Shown: positions 24,016 to 33,996 of the stretch, in pieces | How the letters are laid out: each line of letters opens with the position of its first letter | How positions within the stretch are numbered: position 1 is the stretch's first letter | Assembly: GCA_965238075.1 (NCBI GenBank) | Contig: OZ250173.1 | Coordinates: forward strand, 192,001 to 256,000 | DNA from: Candidatus Entotheonellaceae bacterium | GTDB lineage: Bacteria; Tectomicrobia; Entotheonellia; Entotheonellales; Entotheonellaceae | Reading direction: 5' to 3' | DNA length: 64,000 nucleotides | Notes under the pieces: generated by a model | What the model saw: the letters and a program-made list of their open reading frames with translations, nothing else | Database searches by the model: none | What the model was told of the DNA's origin: nothing | Made by a program: the position numbers and the translations under genes

Positions 24016-25806
24016 CTACAGGAGACGCAACTCCTCAGGCCAGTCGTCGTCTTCGATCGGGGCGGGCCGAGCGACGGCATCGGCCAATCCCTGCATGCGA
24101 TCCAGGGCGGTTTGCAGGTCCTCGAACAGGGTGTCCGGCAGTCCCGCAGCGGCGAACACGGCCGCATCGAGCCGACCACGCTCCGAGCCGTTGGTGTGCA
24201 GAAATTGGTTGTAAGCTCTATCGATCTGATTCAGTGCCCGCGGGACTAGGCGTCGCACGTCAACGACTAGCACCTCGCCGACACTGCCGGGGCTGAGGCT
24301 GTAAACGCCGCCGCCGTATACATGGGCGTTCACGCGCAAGGCCATTTCGGCGATGCCGGTATTCAGCACCGCCAGCAGCGTCTGGGGCGCAACACCCGTC
24401 TGCGGCGTGAGCTCGATGAAGTTTTCACCCGCTACCCAACCGGCCTGATTCCATACCACCCGCAGGCGCCGATGCATCCGGCGCGGCAGCAAAATCGGCG
24501 CCGTGCCGCGGCGCGTCAGATGATCCAGCAGGTTGTACCAAGGGGTGCGGCCCGTTTTGGCCACGCGCGGCAGGTTTTGCACCCCGATAACCGGCTGCGC
24601 CTGACCGCGCGGCGTCAGCACCTGGTTTTCCCAGTACTCGATATAACGTAACACCCGCGTTCCGGTGAGGCGCTCCTTGGCGGCGTTGCACGTCAGTACG
24701 TAGTGGCGGGCCGACAGGTCGGAACTAAGGCATGCCGTGTCAAAATCCTTGGGGGACAGCAGCAAGGGCATGAGCCAGCGACGTTCGAGCTGCCAGCGTT
24801 TTTGGGTAGCGAGCGGCACGACGTAGAACATCTTGGCAAACGTTTGCAGGCCGAGGCGCACCTGGGCCAAGGCGCTCAGGGGCGTCAGGCCGGGATGTTC
24901 CCGCAACGTCTTGTACACCCCTGGAGCGTAGAGGAACGGGGTCCACTTGACTTCGGGATTCAACTCGTCCGAGGACAAAATCGTGCCGTCGGCCTGCGGC
25001 GAGGTGCCGTCCAGCAACTCGCAGGGGTCGTGCGGCAGGTTGGTGGGGGGCGTGCCGTTGAAGGAAACAAAAGCAATCTGCTGGTGTTTCGGAGCCTCTG
25101 GCTCGGCACGCTTTTCCGCCAGGAGGAGTACGGGGCGCACCCGCACCTGGCGGAACATGCGTGCCTGAAATCCGAGGATGCCCCGCACCACGAACGTCCG
25201 CAGCAGGTACTCCTTGAAGGCGGTGCCGTACCGCATGTCCAGCCAGCTATCGGAGATAATGACGGCCAGGCGCCCGCCCGGCTTCAGGAACCGAGCGCCG
25301 TGCATCACGACATAGCATTGCGGATCGGTCAGGCGCGAAAACTTGCCGGCCTCGGGCAACTCTTCCGCGGCGGCCCGCAGGGCCTCCACGTCTCGCTGTT
25401 GCCAGCGGCGGCCGGTGGGCGGATTGCCAACCATCGCATCCGTGGGAGGAAAAGTAGCGGTGAAGAAGTCGCCGGTGCGAATACCGGGCAGGTGGGTCGG
25501 AAGACCGTGGGAACTGAACGCCTGCCGGAGCATCGGCGCGGCGTCGGGACGGGAATCGATGCCGTGAAGTTGATCGGTGAGCCGCTCGGCGGCGGCGCCG
25601 AGCGTTTGAAGATACCTGGCGCTTTCCAGCAGAAAGGCCCCGTCGCCGAAGCCCACGTCAAGAACGTGATCGTCCGCCGAACGCAACGCCCAACGCGCCA
25701 GGAGCCCTGCGATGGCGGGCGGTGTGCGAACGAAGGCTTGCGATCTCAGAGCGTTGCTCATGCCGGCAGGGACCCCCGGATGTGGGGAACGGCTTTCGAA
25801 TACCAC
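24016..25806 (-). CDS. N6-adenine DNA methyltransferase-like protein (Eco57I/TaqI-like architecture), catalytic motif variant
   Basis: VLDVGFGDGAFL (motif I), VGNPPT (motif IV), FLKPGGRLAVIISDSWL, C-terminal TRD-like region with LLAVLN...YGGG; start uncertain (25806 or 25761). Confidence 0.8.
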   Translation of the reverse strand: MVFESRSPHPGVPAGMSNALRSQAFVRTPPAIAGLLARWALRSADDHVLDVGFGDGAFLLESARYLQTLGAAAERLTDQLHGIDSRPDAAPMLRQAFSSHGLPTHLPGIRTGDFFTATFPPTDAMVGNPPTGRRWQQRDVEALRAAAEELPEAGKFSRLTDPQCYVVMHGARFLKPGGRLAVIISDSWLDMRYGTAFKEYLLRTFVVRGILGFQARMFRQVRVRPVLLLAEKRAEPEAPKHQQIAFVSFNGTPPTNLPHDPCELLDGTSPQADGTILSSDELNPEVKWTPFLYAPGVYKTLREHPGLTPLSALAQVRLGLQTFAKMFYVVPLATQKRWQLERRWLMPLLLSPKDFDTACLSSDLSARHYVLTCNAAKERLTGTRVLRYIEYWENQVLTPRGQAQPVIGVQNLPRVAKTGRTPWYNLLDHLTRRGTAPILLPRRMHRRLRVVWNQAGWVAGENFIELTPQTGVAPQTLLAVLNTGIAEMALRVNAHVYGGGVYSLSPGSVGEVLVVDVRRLVPRALNQIDRAYNQFLHTNGSERGRLDAAVFAAAGLPDTLFEDLQTALDRMQGLADAVARPAPIEDDDWPEELRLL

Positions 25807-25866
25807 TCAGGCGGCAGGAACGGCGGTTTACAAGAACGCCGGGGAGCGCGGACGAGTCGGCCGTTT

Positions 25867-26655
25867 TCAGGCGCCATTCAGGAAGCCGGTGACTTCCTCA
25901 ACGAAGCCTGTGGGATTTTCGTACATCGGCATGTGGCCGCAGCGCTGCATGATAGACACCTGCGAGCCATGGATGGAGCTTTGGAATGCCTGGGCATACG
26001 CTACCGGCACCAGCCCGTCCGATTGGCCCCAGAGGATCAGGGTGGGCGCCTTCACGCGGTGGATACGTTTCTTCAGGCCCTTGTCGGGAATCGGCCACAG
26101 GAACTTGCCAGCCGTCGCCAGATGCTGCATGCGCACGAGGTAGGCTTGCATTTGAGCCTGTTCGTCCTCCGGCACGGCCATCATCGCCTTGGCAACCTCG
26201 GATTCAGGGTCGTGCCACAGGGCGATGCCGAGCTGGTCCGGCGTCATGGCGAAAAAATCGGCTACCGGATGTTTGTCCAGCCACAGTCCCAAGGCGTTGG
26301 CCAGGACCAGTCGCTGCACCCGATGCGGGCTCAGGGCGGCCAATTCAGCGGCGATCATGCCACCCATCGAATGCCCCACGACGTGCAACGACTCGATGCC
26401 CAAAGCGTCGAGCAGGTCGTTGTAGTAGACCACCAGATCGACGACGTCGTCCAGGTGCTCAAGGCCGCTGCTGCTTTCAAAACCCGGATGCGCCGGAGCG
26501 TACACGGTGTGACGACGGGCCAGTTCGGCCAGAAAGGGGTCCCAACCCCGCAAACCGCCGGCACCGTGCAGGAAGAGTAGCGGCTCGCCGCTCCCACCGG
26601 TGCGTAGTTTGGTCTCGAACAACCCATCGCGAACAGTGACGGTTCTTTCCTCCAC
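25867..26655 (-). CDS. Alpha/beta fold hydrolase
   Basis: LFLHGAGG, HPGF, GHSMGG, PTLILWG..D, GHMP. Confidence 0.92.
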   Translation of the reverse strand: MEERTVTVRDGLFETKLRTGGSGEPLLFLHGAGGLRGWDPFLAELARRHTVYAPAHPGFESSSGLEHLDDVVDLVVYYNDLLDALGIESLHVVGHSMGGMIAAELAALSPHRVQRLVLANALGLWLDKHPVADFFAMTPDQLGIALWHDPESEVAKAMMAVPEDEQAQMQAYLVRMQHLATAGKFLWPIPDKGLKKRIHRVKAPTLILWGQSDGLVPVAYAQAFQSSIHGSQVSIMQRCGHMPMYENPTGFVEEVTGFLNGA

Positions 26656-26778
26656 AACAGTCCTCTCTTTATGAATGTCTTTATGAATGAAATTTGGTCA
26701 GCAACCGCAGACGCGTCGCCGCGGCTGACGTACCATAATGACCGGCCAACAGCTTGTCAACGCAGTGGTTCCTGCCCC

Positions 26779-27672
26779 TTACCCGGCCCGGCGGATGACT
26801 ACCACGCGACCGATCAGCCGCTCTGGCGGCGGGCCCGGAGGCTCAAGCAATTCAAGGCGGCGACCGACTCCCTGCAGCAATTGCAGCCCCTGGGAGGTGT
26901 GCACGAATCCCTTGGCCCGCAGCATTCCGAGACCCCGCAACCGGGCCAGAAGCTCCTCCGGGTCGACACCGTCCGCAACGGCAACTTCATAGGTCTCGAA
27001 GACCTCGTGGTGGTGGGGAGCCGGAGATTTCCCGGCGTTGCGGCGTTGTCGGCGCAAACCGTCCGCATCCGGTGGAAAAAGCAGCGCCGGCTCCACTTCG
27101 CCATGGCACGTGTGCAACACCGGGGTGTCCGGCGCCATGTCATGCAGCAGCGCATCGAGCCGGTTCAGGTCCGCCGCCGGTGCCAGGTCGATCTTGTTGA
27201 GCAGCAGCAGGTCGGCCGACGACACCTGATCCTCAAAGGTGCCGTGCAGGTCGCGGCCCTCTCCAAGCTGCTCGGCGTTGACCACCACAACGGCCACATC
27301 GTCGTCCACCCAGGCGCTCACCGGTTCGCGCCAGAATTGCAACTGCGTGTCGGACGGCAACGCCACCCCGGAGGTTTCGACGATCACCCGATCCGGCTGC
27401 ACGCGCTGCCGCAGCATTTGCAGGGTGTCGCGCAACTCGTCGGACAACTGACAACAGACGCAGCCGCCCTCCAGCTCGACAAACGCCTCGCCGCCCTCCC
27501 CCAATAGCGCCTGATCGATGCCCAAGGCGCCGAATTCGTTGGAGATGACTGCCACCCGTGCGCCGCTGTCCTGAGCTTCACGCAGTAAATGGCACACCAG
27601 GGTCGTCTTGCCCGAACCGAGAAAACCGGACACGACAAGCACCGGGATGCGCTGGTTCGCCGGGTTGTGCAT
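26779..27672 (-). CDS. CobW/COG0523-family G3E metallochaperone GTPase
   Basis: SGFLGSGKTT, NEFG, GGCVCC, ETSG, NKID, short His run, RAKG. Confidence 0.93.
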   Translation of the reverse strand: MHNPANQRIPVLVVSGFLGSGKTTLVCHLLREAQDSGARVAVISNEFGALGIDQALLGEGGEAFVELEGGCVCCQLSDELRDTLQMLRQRVQPDRVIVETSGVALPSDTQLQFWREPVSAWVDDDVAVVVVNAEQLGEGRDLHGTFEDQVSSADLLLLNKIDLAPAADLNRLDALLHDMAPDTPVLHTCHGEVEPALLFPPDADGLRRQRRNAGKSPAPHHHEVFETYEVAVADGVDPEELLARLRGLGMLRAKGFVHTSQGLQLLQGVGRRLELLEPPGPPPERLIGRVVVIRRAG

Positions 27673-27803
27673 ACCTCCCTTTCCATCCGGGCAGTCGAAC
27701 CCATCAGCACATTTTGGCGCAAGGCGTCACAATGTGGGCGGGCAACGATGTATTGGAATCACCTGTCGAGAACCGTGGGGGTAAATCTGCAGTGAGGTTG
27801 AAC

Positions 27804-28331
27804 TCAGGCGCTCGGGGCAGTCGCCTGCGTGCGGCCTCTCGGGCTCTTGGCCGTGCCGCCGTTCTTACGCTCCTGAGCCTTGATGTAGGTTGGCGCCTTC
27901 TCCCATGGACGGCTCCACTGCACAATCTTCTTGCGTATCGTCGTGGTTTCCTTGGAAGACAACGGCTGAATTCTCGGGATGCCAAATTTGACGCGGTAGG
28001 AACGCGCGTCGAGGCTGTGTTCCTTCAGATGCCTCACCGAAAGCTGCTTGAAAGCCGCGCCGCATACCATGCACACGATGGCGTGCTTCTTGATGCTCTG
28101 CTTCCAATTGGCAGGAATGCTCTTGTCCTTGTTACGCCCCTGCGACGTCTCTTCTTTTTCGCTGAATGAAACGCCGGTAATGGTTTCCCCGGCATCTTCC
28201 TTGTTCTTCAATTCAACCAAGCCGGCATAAGTCTTCTGCAACTCTTTGTGCATCTCTTCCAGTGGCAACGCGCCTACCTGGATCTGCGCCATGACCAGGT
28301 CCTTAGCCATTTCAAGTACAGACTGTGCCAT
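27804..28331 (-). CDS. Ros/MucR-family transcriptional regulator
   Basis: SIKKHAIVCMVCGAAFKQLSVRHLKEHSL...YRVKFGIP prokaryotic zinc finger, basic C-terminal tail. Confidence 0.9.
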   Translation of the reverse strand: MAQSVLEMAKDLVMAQIQVGALPLEEMHKELQKTYAGLVELKNKEDAGETITGVSFSEKEETSQGRNKDKSIPANWKQSIKKHAIVCMVCGAAFKQLSVRHLKEHSLDARSYRVKFGIPRIQPLSSKETTTIRKKIVQWSRPWEKAPTYIKAQERKNGGTAKSPRGRTQATAPSA

Positions 28332-28642
28332 TTTCAAAACCCTCTATAAAAATTCCGTCCCGTGCAAATCCAACGTATCTACCGACTCTCCAAAAGAGAC
28401 CGCACAAAGATATAGTGCAACCTTTGACTAAAGTCAAGAAAACGACATCTCCACACAGCAAATGCCGGCTGAATGCAATTGAGAGCAGAAGGCTCCCGGT
28501 CCTTGCCGGCTTCTATTTTCTTGCACGACAATGCAGTTACAAGAGACAACCAAAGGGTTGGTTGACTTATCTCTGCCTCGAGGCACCCGGAGTTATTAAC
28601 ACCAATACATCGAGATCGCCGCGCCTGGCCGTGACTGTAGAC

Positions 28643-30372
28643 TCAGAACGCCTCTTCGGAGGCCGCGATAACCTCCAACTCGTCGCGGCTGTAGGAACCC
28701 AGGCTGCGGAATTCGAACTCGGTGTAGTTCTTGATCCATCGCAAGGCAATGGCATATGCCTTGTGGTAGCGCTCGGCAGCTTGGCGCTGCGTTTCGCTGC
28801 CGGGGTCGGGGAGACGGGCGATGATGTCCTCATGTTCCTTCTGCAGCAGGTCCTTGATCAAAGCAAAATCGTGCCGTTGGCCGGGATCAGTGCTGTCGGC
28901 CACGCGATGCAGAATGCGTTGGGCGATCTGCGCCACGGACATGCGGCCGGTGGCCAGGTCCTCCATCAGAGCGGGATGGATGCCCGGCTTGCCGGCCAGA
29001 CTATCGATGCCCTTGGCCCCCCTACCCTGCAGCCAGCCTTCGAGGTATTCCAGAACCATCCGGGCGTTGCGGCGTGTGCCTTCGACGGTAACGGGGCCGT
29101 CGGGCACACAGATGTCGATGGGGTAATTGTCCGGGTTTGCCATTTCGGGAGACGGCCCCCAGCCCGTCGCGCGGAGATCCTCAAACGGCTTGGCAGCCGT
29201 GTCCATGTGGAAGATATGCGCCACCCAGGCGCGCAGAAATCCCTGCTCCGCTTCCCACTGTTTGTCTGCCCGAATACCTTCCGCGGCTACCTCGTTGACG
29301 TGCGGGTCGGAACTCGGCAGCGGCGTCGCCATGCCGCCAATGGGCACGGCGCCGCGCTTCAGGCAAATCGCCACCAGACGCCGGAAAATGGTGGCGAGAA
29401 AGTCTGTGGTCTTGATGTCGACGCCGAACCGGTCCGGCCACACCGCCGCGGGATCGGCCATCACGTATTCGAAAATGCTGGCCTTGAAATCCCAACGCGC
29501 GGCGTTGAGACCGGCCGCATAGGGACCCAGGGCATACAGCATCTCTTCCATTTGGTAGGCGGCGGGCAGCGATTCCACCAGAATAATGGCACGGATGACG
29601 GCGTCGCCGAGAAACGGCAGATAGGCTTGGCTGGCCGCGAAGAAGTCGCGCCAGAAGGCGGCCTCGTCGGCGGATTCCAGCTTCGGCAGGTAGAAATAGA
29701 TGCCCAGGCCCCGCTCGGCCTGCGCCCGTCCGGCATAGAACAGGGTGAGCGCCGTGCCGAGAATCGCCGCCGACACCGGCTTGCCGTCGATCGTGACGTC
29801 CGATTCACCGGCTTGCCGTCGATCGTGACGTCCGATTCATCGAGGTGCAGGCCGCGCTCACGGTGCATGAAGAAGGGCAACTCGCCGTCGGCCAGGCGAT
29901 ACTCGCGGCCCCGATCGGGATCGGAAAACGACAGGGTGCGTTCAACCGCTGCCAAGCGGTTCCGCGCCGCCGTCAGCGTATCGATCAGCCGGTGCCCGGC
30001 GGCGTCCTCGTCGTCATCGAGGTCGCCAACGGCACGCGAGCCCTCCGGTCCGGGATTCAGCGCGTTGATGAACATGTGGGTGATGGAGGCAGGCCCCGAG
30101 ATTTCGATGCCGGGGCGTTTCAAGTCCTCAGGCACCGGCGGCACCTGCCAATCGCCGGTGTTGATGTCCGAAACAGGGGGATGGGTGGGGAGGACGCCGT
30201 CCTGCAGGGCGCGGCGCAATACCTCGGCGCGGCTCGCGCGCAGCGTTTGGATGCGCGGCGCAAATTTCTCATGCAAGTGCACCAGATAATCGAGAAAGGC
30301 ATCGCTAAAGAGTTCGGCCGCCCCTGCTACCGGAGCAAATGCCACTCGCGCTGCCGTTCCTGTCTCTGCCAT
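28643..30372 (-). pseudogene. aceB: Malate synthase, frameshifted by a 32-bp tandem duplication
   Basis: EISGP, INALN, YFYLPKLES, LVESLPAAYQMEEMLY, GLNAARWD, GAVPIGGMA, LMEDLATG spread over two ORFs; removing one repeat copy gives a continuous 1698-nt frame. Confidence 0.88.
29774..29837. repeat. Exact 32-bp tandem duplication
   Basis: CACCGGCTTGCCGTCGATCGTGACGTCCGATT at 29774-29805 and 29806-29837. Confidence 0.97.
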
Positions 30373-30547
30373 GCAAAAAACCTCCCTGCTCCCGGAGTCT
30401 TTTCTTGGTATAGATGTGGAATTGCGATGAACCGGGTTCATATCGCGGACGGGGCGGGACGCCGAGCCAAGGCACGAACACGCCCTTCTCTTCGATCACC
30501 ACAATGTCGGAATTGGCAGTTAACCTACCATGCGCGTTTGGCCGCCG

Positions 30548-32551
30548 TCAAAGGCCGGCAGTAACGTCTGACGTGCCGTTCGATGAGTCGAGGTGGGAGG
30601 CAAACCATTCGAGGATGAAGCGAAAACGGTCCAAGCGGTGGCGCGGCTTGCCGGCTCGCGACATGTCGTGCCCTTCATCCGGGAAGCGCACGAAGCGTAC
30701 TTCTTTGTGCTGTTTCTTCAGGGCTACGAACAATTGTTCCGCCTGTTCGATGGGGCAGCGTAGATCGTTCTCGGCATGCAGGATAAGCAGGGGTGTCGTA
30801 ATGTCGGCGGTATACGTCAGCGGCGAGCGTTTCAGGTACCAATCCAGGTTGTCCCAAGGCAGATAGCCGCTCTGTGCCTCGGCAAACGAATGGCCAATGT
30901 CGCTGGTGCCGAACAGCGTGTGCACGTTGTTCACCGCGCGCTCCGAGCAGGCCGCCTTGAAGCGCTGTGTATGCCCGACGGCCCAGGTCGTCAGATAGCC
31001 CCCGTAGCTGCCCCCCATGACGCCGAGGCGCTGTGGATCGATGAAATCGCACTGCTGGAGGGCCGCGTCCAGGGCCGCCATCACGTCGGCATGGTCTACC
31101 CCGCCCCAGTCGCCGATCGCCGCACGGGTGAACGTCTCGCCGTACCCTTGACTGCCGCGCGGATTGGCGTAGAGGACGGCATACCCGGCACCGCTGTAGA
31201 CCTGAAACTCGTCGAAGAAATCGTGCCCGTACATCATGTGCGGACCGCCGTGGATGTTGAGCAGCAGCGGGTAGCGGTTGCCGGGCTCGAACCCGTGCGG
31301 TTTCACCACCCAGGCGTCCAGGCCGCAGCCGTCACGTTCGCAGGCGATACGCTCCGGGGCCGACAGTCCGACCTCGGCTTTCCAATCGCCGTTGAGGTCG
31401 GTCAGACGGCGCTCGCCACTGCCGTCCGGATGACAGGCGAACACTTCGGCAGGATTCGTCGGATCCATGGCGGTGAAGGCCAGCCGGCTGCCGTCAGCCG
31501 CGGCTGACAGGTCGGTGATGTGCCGGGGGCCGTCCAGCGCGACTTTGGGGGCCTGCCGGGTATTGGCATCGAATTGGTACGCCTGCACGTTGCCCCGTGT
31601 TTGGACGCCAACGGTCAGCGCGCCACCGTCCGCGGACCACAGCGGACCCTGGTTGCCCAGCGCGCGGCAATTGCGATCCAGGCCACCGCTCAGGCAGACC
31701 GGTGTGCCACCGCCGACCGGTACCGTGTACAAACGCCAGTTGTAACCGGCGTCGTAGCGCTGGCGGTGGCCGAGATAAGCAATCTTTCGCCCATCAGGCG
31801 AAAAAGTCGGATGCCCCACCGGCCCGGCGGTGTCCGTCAGGCGACGCGGCTCGCCGCCGTCGGCAGGCATGACCCACACGTCCGACGCATCGTCTTCGTC
31901 GCGCTCGGCGTGGCGTCCCGAGGTGAAGGCCAGCAGCGCACCGTCCGGCGACCATGCTGCTTCGGCGTGGTTGAAATCGCCGTCGGTGAGTTGGTTCACG
32001 GCGCCGTCGTTCGCGTCTACCACGAACAGATGCGAGCGGCGGTCGTAGACGAACCCCTCGCCGTTCATCTTATACTTGAGGGTCGTAATCACCCGCGCCG
32101 GCTTGGAACGCGGTTCCTCCGCCCCGTCCTGCTGCGTCTCTTCGCCCCCCACGCGCGACACGAAAGCCAGACGTCTGCCGTCCGGCGACCAGACAGGTTC
32201 GGCAACACCCTGCGCCAGTTCGGTCAACCGCACGGATTCGCCGCCATCAAGCGGCATGACGTACAACTGGGGACGTTTTTGACCCTGCCGCTGGGATACG
32301 AACGCCAGCCGAGTTCCATCTGGCGACCAGCGCGGCGCACCGTCTCGCTTGTCGCCACTGGTCAATCGGCGCGGCAGTCCCCCATCAACGCCCGCAAGCC
32401 AGATATTCGACAAGTACTGGTCGCGCTCTTCGGACAGCGTCGTCACCACGAAGGCCACCCGTCGTCCGTCGGGCGACATCCGCACCTCGCTCACCCAGCG
32501 AATGCGGGTAATGTCCTCCGGTTTCATGGCCCGCCGGTGCCTTGCGCTCAT
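30548..32551 (-). CDS. S9-family peptidase (acylaminoacyl/dipeptidyl peptidase)
   Basis: WSPDG propeller repeats, IHGGPH, NPRGSQGYG, GGSYGG, DLRCP, EGH. Confidence 0.95.
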   Translation of the reverse strand: MSARHRRAMKPEDITRIRWVSEVRMSPDGRRVAFVVTTLSEERDQYLSNIWLAGVDGGLPRRLTSGDKRDGAPRWSPDGTRLAFVSQRQGQKRPQLYVMPLDGGESVRLTELAQGVAEPVWSPDGRRLAFVSRVGGEETQQDGAEEPRSKPARVITTLKYKMNGEGFVYDRRSHLFVVDANDGAVNQLTDGDFNHAEAAWSPDGALLAFTSGRHAERDEDDASDVWVMPADGGEPRRLTDTAGPVGHPTFSPDGRKIAYLGHRQRYDAGYNWRLYTVPVGGGTPVCLSGGLDRNCRALGNQGPLWSADGGALTVGVQTRGNVQAYQFDANTRQAPKVALDGPRHITDLSAAADGSRLAFTAMDPTNPAEVFACHPDGSGERRLTDLNGDWKAEVGLSAPERIACERDGCGLDAWVVKPHGFEPGNRYPLLLNIHGGPHMMYGHDFFDEFQVYSGAGYAVLYANPRGSQGYGETFTRAAIGDWGGVDHADVMAALDAALQQCDFIDPQRLGVMGGSYGGYLTTWAVGHTQRFKAACSERAVNNVHTLFGTSDIGHSFAEAQSGYLPWDNLDWYLKRSPLTYTADITTPLLILHAENDLRCPIEQAEQLFVALKKQHKEVRFVRFPDEGHDMSRAGKPRHRLDRFRFILEWFASHLDSSNGTSDVTAGL

Positions 32552-32725
32552 GCCATATCTCCCCTGTTTTCAAGCCTTGTTCGGTATGCGAGGCGGCACC
32601 CTAGCATGCTGTTTTAACGAGTGTCAAACGGTCTGGCGCTGTGCTACCATGGCGCCCCTCGGAAGCCGGGAACGGTGCATCTCGCCGGTCGAATCGGGGC
32701 ACTGGCAACCATTGAGGAGCGGGCC

Positions 32726-33940
32726 ATGACGACTTCGAACACAGCCCTTGCCGGCATTCGCGTGCTGGATCTGGGGCGGTATCAGGCCGGCCCCCGCATC
32801 GGCCTCGTTCTGGCCCGTCTGGGCGCCGAGGTAATCAAGGTCGAAGCGCCGGGCGGCGACGAGAGCCGCAAAAACGGTCCGTTCGTGCGCGGCCAGAGCG
32901 CTTACTGGGTGCAGTACAACAGCGGCAAGAAGAGCCTCGGCCTGAACCTGCGCACCGAACAGGGAATCGACATCGTGCGCCGTCTGGTCAAGGTCTCCGA
33001 CGTACTCATCCAGAACTTCCGGCCCGGCACCATCGATGCCATGGGGCTCGGCTACGACCAGCTCAAGGAACTGAACCCTGGCCTCGTGATGGTCAACGTG
33101 TCGGCCTACGGGCAATACGGCCCCTACCGCGATCGCATCGGCTTCGACCCCATCGGACAAGCCATCAGCGGCATGATGTCCCTCACCGGCTTTCCCGGTA
33201 ACCCGCCCACCCGCACGTACAACCCCGTGATCGACCGCATCACCGCCTTGCACGGCACGATCGGTACGCTGGCAGCGCTGCAGGAACGCCACGTGTCCGG
33301 CGAAGGGCAATGCGTCGACGTGTGTCTGGCCGACACCGGCTTCAGCATGACGGAAATTCAGTGCGCCGCCTTTCTTGGCGAGGGGATTGTGCCGGAACGC
33401 ACCGGCAACGGGCGCGGCTTGATGAACACCTACGAAACCCGCGACGGCTGGGTGCTCGTCGCCGCCATCAGCGACAACATCTGGCCGCGTCTATGCGAGG
33501 CCATCGACGCCCCCGAGTGGGTGCACGACCGACGCTTCAAGACGGTTGACGACCGCGGTCGGGCATGGGAGGCCATCGAAGAACGGCTACGGGCCTGGTT
33601 CGGCAACCGCACGGTGCGAGAATCGGTGGACCGTTTCTCAGAGTTTGGCATTCCGATCAACGCCGTGAACGACGTGCCCTCTGCCGCTCGCGACCCCCAA
33701 TTGCACGAGCGCGAATTGCTCGTGGAAGTGAGCGACCCCGTCGCCGGTACCATCCACGTCTCCGGCAAGAACATCAAACTGAGCCGCAGCGAAACGGTGC
33801 TGGGCTCGGCCCCACTGCCCGGTGAACATACCGAGGAAATCCTCACCGAGCTGCTCGGCTGTGCCCCACAGGACATCGATGAACTGGAAGCCGCTGACGC
33901 CGTGTATCGCAGCACGCCGCAACCTGTGGATGGTGGTTAG
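32726..33940 (+). CDS. CaiB/BaiF class III CoA transferase
   Basis: LAGIRVLDL, LGAEVIKVE, NSGKKSL, QNFRPG, GFDPIGQA, PLPGEHT. Confidence 0.94.
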   Translation: MTTSNTALAGIRVLDLGRYQAGPRIGLVLARLGAEVIKVEAPGGDESRKNGPFVRGQSAYWVQYNSGKKSLGLNLRTEQGIDIVRRLVKVSDVLIQNFRPGTIDAMGLGYDQLKELNPGLVMVNVSAYGQYGPYRDRIGFDPIGQAISGMMSLTGFPGNPPTRTYNPVIDRITALHGTIGTLAALQERHVSGEGQCVDVCLADTGFSMTEIQCAAFLGEGIVPERTGNGRGLMNTYETRDGWVLVAAISDNIWPRLCEAIDAPEWVHDRRFKTVDDRGRAWEAIEERLRAWFGNRTVRESVDRFSEFGIPINAVNDVPSAARDPQLHERELLVEVSDPVAGTIHVSGKNIKLSRSETVLGSAPLPGEHTEEILTELLGCAPQDIDELEAADAVYRSTPQPVDGG

Positions 33941-33996
33941 TCATGAATCCCTTGCTATTCCCTGTCCACGAACCCCTGCTTTAACGGGAGGTAAGC

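Noticed and set aside
24703-26580. 625-aa plus-strand ORF
   Set aside because: Antisense to the methyltransferase and hydrolase genes
29774-29837. 32-bp repeat as a mini-CRISPR
   Set aside because: Copies are directly adjacent with no spacer and are coding sequence; no array was seen in the window, including near the Cas4-like gene
28325-30289. 654-aa plus-strand ORF
   Set aside because: Antisense shadow of the malate synthase
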